In this document: positions 38,125 through 48,112 of the stretch, piece after piece
How positions within the stretch are numbered: position 1 is the first letter of the stretch
Layout: every line of letters begins with the position of its first letter
Assembly (NCBI RefSeq): GCF_036971445.1
Contig: NC_091470.1
Coordinates: 178,436,001-178,500,000, forward strand
From: Narcine bancroftii
Taxonomy: Eukaryota
DNA: 64,000 bases
Direction: 5' to 3'
Notes under the pieces: generated by a model
The model's input: only the letters and a program-made list of their open reading frames with translations
The model's database searches: none
Told to the model about the DNA's origin: nothing
Made by a program: the position numbers and the translations under genes

Positions 38125-39599
38125 CTATTTTTGTAATTGTTCTGCAAATTTTCGTGCTTCTTCTGGATCCGAGAATAGTCTGTTTTGTTGTCCTGGAATA
38201 AATATTTTCAATACCGCAGGATGCTTCAGTGTAAATTTATATCCTTTCTTCCATAAAATCGCTTTTGCTGCATTGAACTCTTTTCTCTTCTTTAGGAGTT
38301 CAAAGCTTATATCTGGATAAATGAAGATTTTTTGCCCTTTATACTCCAGTGGTTTGTTGCCCTCTCTTACTTTTTCCATTGTCTTCTCCAGTACCTTTTC
38401 TCTTGTAGTATATCTTAGGAATTTTACTACAATAGATCTTGGTTTTTGTTGTGGTTGTGGTTTAGGGGCCAATGCTCTATGTGCCCTTTCTATTTCCATT
38501 TCTTGCTGTAGTTCTGGACATCCTAGGGCCTTAGGGATCCATTCTTTTATAAACTCCCTCATATTCTTGCCTTCTACATCTTCCTTAAGGCCCACTATCT
38601 TTATGTTATTTCTTCTGTTATAATTTTCCATTATATCTATTTTTTGGGCTAGTAATTCTTGTGTCTCTTTAGTTTTTTTATTAGATTCCTCCAATTTCTT
38701 TTTTAAGTCTTCTACCTCCATTTCTGCTGCTATTGCCCGTTCTTCCATCTTGTCCATTTTTTTCCCCATTTCTGTTAAGGTCATATCCATTTTATTTATT
38801 TTCTTTTCTGTGTTGTTTATTCTTCTTCTTAAATCATTGAATTCCTGTGTTTGCCATTCTTTAAATGACTCCATGTATCCTCTAACAAGAGCAAGTACCT
38901 CCTTTACCTTGCCTTTCTTTTCTTCTTCTATTTCCCTGTACTCTTCCTGTGATAGTACAGATCTATCACCAATGTACATAGTGTATATAGTTACTGTATC
39001 TAGACTGTGCTTACAGCGATTGGCTGAGAGCTAAGCCACACCTATTGTTTGGGCCTTAAAGGGTTGTGTCCCTAGCCAGGTCGGATCATTCCGGACTGGT
39101 CGGCCACCTGTGAAGAGCTCCGGTCTTTTGCTAATAAAAGCCTTGGTTTGGATCAACAAGTCTTTGGTTCTTTCGACGAGCTCTACACTTCCTCTTCCTC
39201 TTCTTCTTCCTCTAGGTTGACCATCTGTTGTTTCTTTGCTGCCCTTTCCTCCTCTTCTTTCTTGTTTCCATTGTCTTCTGTGGTCTCTTCTTGCTGCAGG
39301 TGTTCTGCAGCTGTCGTTGCCGGCTGTGGAGATCGACTCCCCAGCTGGTCCCCCCTCCCGTCGGTGTGTTTTTTTTCATGCGCATCGCGCATGCGCGAGG
39401 AGTCGCGCATGCGCGGTTGCGCACTTTTACTCGGCTCTGTGAGCCATTGTTGTAGTTCTCTTTCTACCGACCTGAGGTAGTGGGGTCTTCTCTCCACAGC
39501 GGGCCTCTTCGGACAGGTAAGGCCTTCACCTTTTTCCTCCGTTGTCTTCTCTTCCTCTCTTCTTTCCGTTGATTTTGATTTTTCTCCTTTTGTCTCCAT
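38125..39599 (-). pseudogene. L1 ORF1 (coiled coil, RRM, CTD) split by a solo LTR
   Basis: ENYNRRNNIKIVGL, IERAHR, IYPDIS motifs; removing 245 nt joins the two ORF-track pieces into 409 aa. Confidence 0.9.
38948..39187 (+). mobile_element. Solo LTR (240 bp) in L1 ORF1
   Basis: TG..CA ends; perfect 5-bp TSD CTTCC; AATAAA at 39133. Confidence 0.92.
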
Positions 39600-42499
39600 C
39601 TTCTTTCCACCTTTATACTCACTTTTCTTTAACTTGTATTTCTGTGCCTTTGTATTTTCTCTTGTTTTTCCCGACTTTTCTGGAGAGGGTTGGAGTTCAC
39701 CGTCCGGCCACTACTCCATCACGTGACTCCTCCTGAGTATCAGCCTTGAGGGTACTATTTACCATCACTTCTAAATCCCTTTGTTGCTCTGCACATCTCA
39801 ATAGCCTACCATTTAATGCATATGACCTATTTAGATTTGCCTTTCCAAAATGAAACACCTCACACTTATCTGTATTAAATTCCATCAGCCATTTCTCAGC
39901 CCACACCTCCAGCCTTCCTAAATCACCTTTTAATTTACGGTAATCTTCCTCACTGTCCACAACACCACCAAACTTTGTATCATCCGCAAACTTGCTTATC
40001 CAATTCTCCACCCCTACTTCCAGATCGTTAATATATATATAACAAACAATAGTGGACCCAGGACCGATCCCTGAGGAACTCCACTAGTCACCGGCCTCCA
40101 ATTGGACAAACAATTTTCTACCACTACTCTCTGACACCTCCCATCCAACCATTGCTGAATCCATTTCACTACCTCCTTATTTAAACCTAATGTCTCCACC
40201 TTTTTTCCTAACCTCCTGTGAGAAACTTTGTCAAAAGCTTTACTAAAGTCTAAATAGACAACATCCACTGCTTTCCCTTCATCAACCTTTTTTGTAACCC
40301 CCTCGAAGAACTCAATCAGGTTTGTCAAGCATATCTGCCCCTGACAAAACCATGCTGATTACTCCCTATCAATCCCTGTACCTCCAAATATTTGTAAATA
40401 CCATCCCTCAGAACACTTTCCATCAACTTACCCACCACAGACATCAGACTCACGGGCCTATAATTCCCAGGTTTACATTTGGACCCTTTTCTTAAACAGC
40501 GGAACAACATGCGCCACCCTCCAATCCTTTGGCACTACTCCTGTGACCAGTGACATCCTAAATATCTCTGTTAATGGCCCCACTATCTGTCCACAAGCCT
40601 CCCTGAGTGTCCTTGGGAATATTTTGTCCGGTCCCGGAGATTTATCCACCTTTATCTTTTTCAACAGCCATCACTACCTCCTCGGTAGTCCTTATATGCT
40701 TCATGACCTCCCCACTATTTTTACTCAGCCTACCTTCGCTATCTACAAGGGGTCCAATTTTATCCCTCACTAATCTTTTACTTTTAATGTACCTATAGAA
40801 ACCCTTTGGATTTATTTTTACTCTGTCTGCCAAAGCCTCTTCGTGCCTTTTTTTGGCCTTTCTAATTTCTTTCTTAAGATTCCTTCTACACTCCTTGTAG
40901 TCCTCCTTCAAACTCTCAGCTCCCTGCTCTTTATAGCTCTTGTACACCTCCCTTTTTCTCCTAACCAAATTTCCAATATTCCTCGAAAACCAAGCCTCCC
41001 TATGACTTCCAGCCTTTCCTTTGATCCTCACTGGGACATATCTACTCTGTACCCTCAAAATTTCTTATTGAATATCCTCCATTTTTCATTTACATCCTTA
41101 CCTGAAAATATCCTGTCTCACTCAATACTCCCCAAATCCCTTCTTATTCCTTCGAAATTTGCTCTTCTCCAATCCAGAACCTCAACTTTAGGCCCCTCCT
41201 TGCTCTTCCCTAAAACTACCCAAAAACTAACAGAGTTATGATCACTCGACCCAATTTGTTCTCCAACATTAATGTCCGATACCTGACCTAGCTCATTCCC
41301 TAACAGGAGTCGGTTCTTCTACTAATTGATTTAAAAAACAATCTTGAACACATTTAACGAACTCTAGCCCATCCAGCCCTCTAACTGTATGGGTATCCCA
41401 ATCAATGTGAGGGAAGTTAAAATCTCCCATGATCACTACCTTATGATTCTCACACATATACGTTATCTCCCTCCAAATTTGTTCCTCTAATTTTCTTGGC
41501 CCATTTGGTGGTCTGTAATACCACACCAGCAACTGTGGAGGCCAGGTTATTGGGTGTGTTTAAGGCAGAGATTGATTGGTACCTGAATAGTCAGGGTGTC
41601 AAAGGTTATTAGCCCTAGTAGCCAACCTGGACATGTACCAAGGTGAGACCCTTTTGGGTGGAACTAGGCCAAGTCCTGGGAAAAACAAACCCATCAGTAA
41701 AGAATTCCCGCAGGACTCAGCGTTGTTCCTGTTGGATAACATAATGGACATAAGACTTATGATGAAAAACTGTCCAAATTCCAAATCCAATTCCTAATGA
41801 TTGCATTGGCCAGGAAGTGCATAGCGGTTACCTGGAAGTCTGACTCCTGCCTCAGCATTAGTCGCTGGAACACAGAAACACAAAGCTGGGGTCCCCTGGA
41901 GAAAATTACTTACAACTTAAAGCAAAATATACAACACTTTCTTGAAAATTTGGCAACCACAGGAGCACGATTATAGTGTGTACCATCGCGCCTTGCCATC
42001 CCACCTTCTCCATCTATCCCTTAAATCGGTGGGTGGGGGTCCATCCCATCCCAACCAGGGAAAGTCAAAAGAAAACAGCCCCGAGCTCTGGCCACCGTGT
42101 CTGTAAAACCCTGATATATGTTACACACCTTTGATGTAAAAGTCCTGAACGTTGTGTGTAACTGTGGTTGGTTAAGTGTTAAACGTGGAGGGGAGGGGGA
42201 GAAGGGACAGAAAAAGCTTCAGCTCTACAGAAAATCTTATATAGAATTAATATTTGTAAACTGTAATAAATGTTGAGGTTGTCACTGATAATAAATTTGG
42301 AAAACTGCAAATAAAATGGTCAGTTCCTGTTCACACGATGATTAGGAACCAGTGAAAAGGGGAAGCGGAAGAAGATGCCAGATGTGTGGGCACGGATGGG
42401 TTTGAAGAGGGACGAAGTTGCTATATGGAAGAGTGATTCCAGAGAATGGTATCTAGGTGGGTAAAGGCTACAGGACACAGAACATTACAGCACAGGATG

Positions 42500-43310
42500 C
42501 ATTGGCCGGGACTTCAGGGACAGAGTTACAGGGAAAGGTTAAACAGGTTCGGACTTTATTCCCTGGAGTGTAGATGAGGGAGATTTGATGGAGGTGTTTA
42601 AAATTATAAGGGGGATAGACAGAGTCGGCTTTTTCCACTGAGGGTGGGTGAAATACAGAGGACGTGGGTTAAGGGTGAAAGGGGAAAAGTTGAGGGGGGA
42701 ACATCTTCACACAGGGAGTGCGGAACAAGCTGCCCGCTGAGGTGGTGAATGCTGGCTCGATTTTAACTGAAGAATTTTGACAGGTACATGGATGGGAGGG
42801 GGATGGAGGGCTATGGTCAGGGTGAGGTTAGTGGGACTAGGTAGAATAATAGTTGGGCACAGACTAGAAGGGCCGAAGGGTCTATTTCTGTGCTGTTCAA
42901 GCCTAGGGTTCCACAAGATGTTGCCTGGATTGGAAAATGTCTATGAGGTGAGGTTAGCAGAGCTGGACTTTTCTCTCTGGAGCCAAGAAGGATGTGAGGA
43001 GCCTTGATAGAGATCGAGAAGATTCTGAGAGGCAGAGATAAAGTGGACAGCCAGAGCCTTTTACCCAGGATGCGAGTAGCAAACAAAGAGAAGGAAGTTT
43101 CGGGGAGACATAAGGGGTAAGGTTTTTACACTGAGAGTTGTGGAGGCCTGGAATGCATCACCGGGGGTGGTGGTGGAGGCTGGAATATTGGGGGCATTTA
43201 AGAGACTCTCAGACGGGCACATGAATGGAAAAATAGAGGATTTCGGGGAAGGGAGGGTTTAGGGAGACACAACATCAAGGGCTGAAGGGCCTGTACTGGG
43301 CTATGATCTA
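42500..43310 (+). mobile_element. Two tandem CR1 3' fragments
   Basis: MLPGLENVYEVRLAEL-type peptide and GGCCGAAGGG tails. Confidence 0.7.
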
Positions 43311-43332
43311 TGATTCCAAACCTCCTACCTAC

Positions 43333-43617
43333 CTGCTATGTGGAGATGGATGGCTTGTGGTTCCGTTGATAGATGATTCTGGATGATACATGAATACTTG
43401 TTGACTGAATCACTTGTGACATCCAAGTGGCTCTGGACAGTGAAGGTCCCTGTGGAGTCCCTGATGAACCGTGTGTCGGACAGATGGGTCACATCTCCTC
43501 CGCCCCCATCCACCCACCATACGTCTGGCTGGGGATACCAGCCGTCGGATTTACACACCAGGTGGACGCCTTGCCAGTTGCTGGGCTCCAAGTGAATCCA
43601 GGGCCGTTTGCCCAACC
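43333..43617 (-). CDS. Butyrophilin-like gene, IgC exon
   Basis: (G)LGKRPWI..LVCKSDGWYPQPDVWW..YSCIIQN; ctactgcag|..|gtaggt; 285 nt, phase 1-1. Confidence 0.95.
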
Positions 43618-44064
43618 CTGCAGTAGAGCAGATATGGCTATTGAATGGTGAAGCATTGGGTGTGGGGGTGTGGAAACAGAATGTCTGTGAGGCAGGTCAA
43701 CAAACAGCACCTTGGGTCTGACGAGCTACAGCGGATGGACCAAGAGCGAATCACTGGCCGGATCCTCGAACACCACCACACAACCCCAACCCCATCATTC
43801 TAGTTTCGAGTTGGGACCCTTTCTTGAGAGGGGTCAATGTTTTGGTTCGTTGTAGAGTCATATAACGTGGACACAGGCCATTTGGTCCAACTTTCCCAAC
43901 GTATCCCACCCACCCTGCTTTTGGCCCATTAACCATCCCACCCACGGATCTGTGCCATTGTTCCTTAATGTTGCAATAATGCCTGCCTCAATCTCCTCCT
44001 CCATAGCCCATTCCATGCACCCCCTCAGGTTCCTGTTAAATCCATCCCCCCTCACCTCTGTCAA

Positions 44065-44930
44065 AGGACATAGAACATTACATTACAGCACAGGCCCTTC
44101 AGCCTCAAAGTCATGCTAACCCATATATCAAAAGGAAACAAACCCACCCTACCCTGTAACCCTCTACATTTTTCTTCTATCCATGCGCCCATCTAAGAGT
44201 CTCTGAAATGCCCCTAATGTTCCAGCCTCCACCATCATGCCCAGCAAGGCATCCCAAGCCCCCCACAACTCTCTGTGTAAAAAAACATACCCCTGACGTC
44301 TCCCCTAAACTTCCCTCCCTTCACTTTGTACAGACGTCCTCTGGTGTTTGCTATTCCCGCCCTGGGAAACAGACGCTGTCCGTCCACCCTAACTCTGCCT
44401 CTTAGAATCTTGTCGATCTCTATCAAGTCTCCTCTCATCCTTCTACGCTCCATAGAGAGAAGTCCCAGCTCTGCTAACCTTGACATAGGACTTATTTTCC
44501 AATCCAGGCAACATCCTGGTAAATCCCCTCTGCCCTCTCTCCACAGCTTCTACATCCTTCCTATAACGAGGTGACCAGAACTGAACACAATACTCCAAGG
44601 GTGGTCTCACCAGAGATTTGTCGAGCTGCAACATGACCTCTCAACTCCTGAACTCGATCCCCTGACTAATGAAGCCTAGCATCCCACAGGCTTTCTTATC
44701 TATCCTACCAACCTGCGCGGTGACCTTGAGGGATGTATGGATTTGGACCCAAGGTCCCTCTGTTCCTCCACATTGTTAAATAACCAACCATGAACCCTGT
44801 CCTCAGCCGTCTAGTTTGTCCTTCCAAGACGCATCACCTCACCCATCCAGATTGAAGTCCATCTGCCACTTTTCTACCCAACTCTGCATCCTGACAATAT
44901 TGTGTTGTGACCTATGACAACCCTCATAAT
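44065..44930 (-). mobile_element. CR1 3' fragment
   Basis: LVRPPLEYCVQFWSP, RRRMRGDLIE. Confidence 0.85.
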
Positions 44931-45134
44931 ATCCTTTGGGTGCCCTCGCAAAAGACTGTGTTCTCGATAAAAGGTCCTGAACTGAAACGTTGACAGACCA
45001 TGGATTCTGCCTCTCATTGTTTGTATCTGACTTAAAACGAGTTGCGATTAGTTTGGCCCAGACTAGATGGGGCTGTTTATGTCCTTCCTTGTTTCTGTGA
45101 ACATTGTCTCACCACAGGCACCAGCAAGGCTCAC

Positions 45135-45482
45135 CTTCAACTTGTAGCGTGATCACTGCCTGCACGTGGAACTTGGTGGACTTGATGGAGCACGTGTAGT
45201 TTCCTCTGTCTGACACCTTTACCCTCTTCAGTTGAAGTGAGGCGTTTCCATAGGGAAACTCTTTCTGGAAAAGTTCCGTCCTCCCCCGATAAGTCCTGTC
45301 CTGCATATCAGGTTGATCCTGCCTGCCGGTGTGCAAGTGTACAGGAGAGTCTGGGCTGGAGGTAAACCAGCGAACCTCCATGCCATCCAGTGAGGTATGT
45401 GGCACCAGCTGACAATCTAATACAGCATCGTCCCCCACCAGAACCACGGTGGGGTAACCCGGCACCATCACAGCGAACTTCC
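45135..45482 (-). CDS. Butyrophilin-like gene, IgV exon
   Basis: VGDDAVLDCQL..MEVRWF..YRGRTELF..GNASLQL..DRGNYTC; tttgctag|..|gtgagc; 348 nt, phase 1-1. Confidence 0.96.
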
Positions 45483-46194
45483 CTAGCAAAATACAAAGTT
45501 ATAAAGTTCAGCATTCTTGCTGTTGGAACTTCAACAAACAAGCATACTAAAAAAGCAAACAATATTAGAGAGGGGAAAAACACTACATTTGGGAACTGAA
45601 AATCTCACGCGGGATCATTTGGGAACTGATTAGAAACAAAGCTTCAGTTCAGGACAGAAATGGGGAATTAGGAGTTCAAGGGGAAGGCATGGAACAGGCC
45701 CAGTGAGAACTTAACCACAAGTAGTGCTGTAATGAGACCAACAAATAGTGGAATAGGGTCGGTATTGTAATGAGAATTTAACCACAAATAGTAGAATTCT
45801 GTAATAGCTCATTTGTTGTCATCTGATTGCACAAGTACAACCTGATTAAGCAGCGTTCTCCGGCCCTCGGTGAGGACGCACATCCAGAAATCACACACGT
45901 ACAGACAAGCAATACATAGGCAGGACAAATATTCGTACATAAAAATAAACAGACTTTGTCTCACAAATAGCAGAGTCTCGGAGGGCTAGGAAGTTCATCA
46001 GCACCGCAGGGTGTCTACACCCTGGCTCATGGCCCTCCTGCGCTGAGATGCATCACGTGGAGCTGTGCAGTTAGCGGTTGCCGCGCGCCATGGAAACTGG
46101 CAGGGTAGCAGAGGGCGGGGACTTTTCACAGGTTGAGGGGTGGAGGGCTTCCATTAGTGAGAAATGGGCTTCAATTGCCAACAGGCTTTTAGAA

Positions 46195-46560
46195 GCAGAA
46201 GCATGCTATTTGGCCCATCGATTCGGCCCCGCCATTCCATCATGAGCTGATCCATTCTCCCACTCAGCCCCCACTCCCTGGCCTTCTCCCCATAACCTTT
46301 GACACCCTGACTATTCAGGTACCAATCAATCTCTGCCTTAAACACACCCAATAACCTGGCCTCCACAGTTGCCAGTGGCAGCAAATTCCAGAGGTTCACT
46401 GCTCCCAGGTAAAGAAATTCCTCTGCATCCCTGTTCTCAGCAGATGCCCTTCAATCCTGAAGTTGTGCCCTCTTGTCTCAGACTCTCCCACCATGGGGAA
46501 CAGCCTTACTACATTTACACTGTCCATGCTTTTCAATGTTCTAAATGTCTCTAAGAGGTC
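46195..46560 (-). mobile_element. CR1 3' fragment
   Basis: TRGHNFRIEG..RNFFT, NLWNLLP..FKAEIDWYL. Confidence 0.8.
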
Positions 46561-47709
46561 GTCTCCACCCCCCCCCCCCCCCCACCATTCTTCTGAAATT
46601 CTGTGGCCATTCGTGCTCACTGAAGTGTCAGTCCTGCTATATATGCAGGATTCAAGGTGGTGGTGGCTGGTTGAACAGGGACATTGAAGGGCTCTCGAGG
46701 TGGATTCAGGGAAGAGAAGAATTACGAGTGTGAGCTCGGGGGAAAACTGGACTGTTGTGGCCGTATCTGTCACTGAATAAATCATCCCAAAATATTTATA
46801 TCAATTATTTACAATTAAATCTCTGTGATTATAAGGAGTTTGTACGTTTTCCACTTGGGCTCAAGTTTCCTCCCACCGTTTGAAATGAATCGCAGGGTCT
46901 AGGCCAACTGGGCGTAACTGGGCGTCACGAGCTCATGGGCCGGAAGGGCCTGTTTCTATCCTGCACTCCTACGTTTAAAAATATCCACAAATGGCGATGC
47001 ACAAGGTTGCGACAGCCAATTTGGCCACTTACACGGCAGAGTCACCAGCTCATTCCGCATTGAACTTGTGCAGTTATATGTAAAGATGTAACAGGGCCCC
47101 AGGAGCTGAGGGTTCCTGATCGTGGCAGAGATTAGGATCCAAGCTCAGGTTGCCGATGGTTTGGACTACATGCAATTTTGTGTAAAATCCATCTGTTTTA
47201 TTAGACGGCAATAGGAGAATCTAGAATCTGGTGATGTGCTCTGTATTGAGTGTGTATACGTGTGCACCACAGTCCGGAGAAACACTGACTTGTCAGGTTG
47301 TGTATGCACAGTCAGATGATAATAAAATTGAACCTCAGCAGGTCAACACAACATTGAGAGCCGAAGGGCCTGTACAGCTTCTACATCCTTCCTATAACCA
47401 CAACCACCAATGTGAACAGAATGAGATTATCTGTTTCAGTCATCTTGACGCGCTGTCCAGTCCTGCTGAGATGTTCTCAGTCGGGGGGAGTGGAGCCTCC
47501 TCAGGACAGTGCTCTATTGCCTCAGCTGAAAGACACCGCCCCCCCCCCACAACACCCCCCTCAGCAGAGCGACGTCCCCTCGCAACTGAACAGGAGCTCC
47601 CACCTCCACCTCTGCACTCGTGGGTCACCAGGGGGTTTGAACCCACGATAACCAACTGTCGGGGGTCACCACGAGGTTTTATCACACAAAGCCGGATCCC
47701 ATGGCTTAC

Positions 47710-47800
47710 CCATCATTCCTGCAGGAAGCAGGAGAAAGATGACAATGCAGTTCGTTCGCTTCATCACTAGGGACCAGGCAGGAGGGGGGGACCCTTTCAT
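47710..47800 (-). CDS. Butyrophilin-like gene, signal-peptide exon
   Basis: MKGSPPPAWSLVMKRTNCIVIFLLLPAGMM(G); two in-frame ATGs (47800, 47764); ctctttccag acceptor and gtaagc donor in phase 1; the acceptor implies an unlocated upstream 5'UTR exon. Confidence 0.8.
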
Positions 47801-47844
47801 CTGGAAAGAGACACCAAGTTCTATTTTATAAAAGGAACTTTACA

Positions 47845-48068
47845 GGCGACGCGGTTAGTCCGACGCTGATAGAGCGCCAGCGACCGGGGCTTCAATCCCG
47901 CGCTGCTTGTGAGGACCCTGTACGTTCTCCCCGTGTCTGCATGGGTTTCCCCCGGGGACTCCGGTTACTTCCACCCTTCAAAACGTACCAGGTTAATTGG
48001 GTGTAAATTGGACAGCACGGGATCGTGAGACAGAAGGGCCTGTTAGCGCGCTGTTCGTCTACATTAAA
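47845..48068 (+). mobile_element. HE1-like SINE directly upstream of the BTN leader exon
   Basis: GGCGACGCGGTTAG head, core GTACGTTCTCCCCGTGTCTGC, GAAGGGCCTGT tail. Confidence 0.75.
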
Positions 48069-48112
48069 AATGAACTAAAATGAAACCAGTTTAGCACTGA
48101 AATCAGTTGTTG

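Larger units (their letters stand above)
30407..39731 (-). mobile_element. Full-length young L1 LINE, interrupted by an RTE/L1 insert and a solo LTR
   Basis: 16-bp TSD CCTGAGTATCAGCCTT (30391-30406, 39732-39747); poly(A) tail; 5'UTR, ORF1, ~600-nt inter-ORF spacer, ORF2. Confidence 0.97.
29732..41528 (-). mobile_element. CR1 LINE (29732-30406 and 39732-41528) split by a full-length L1
   Basis: YYRPP..MGDFNFP endonuclease end, [44 protein letters not shown]; repeat tail at 29732. Confidence 0.92.
28335..42317 (+). mobile_element. Old degenerate L1-like element (28335-29731 and 41625-42317), outermost layer of the nest
   Basis: NLFADD, YKVNWK, PDFKKYYWAAQ, FRCNVETESFLH at 29731, resuming as TWTCTKVRPFW at 41625, then PLEKITYNL. 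Confidence 0.8.
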
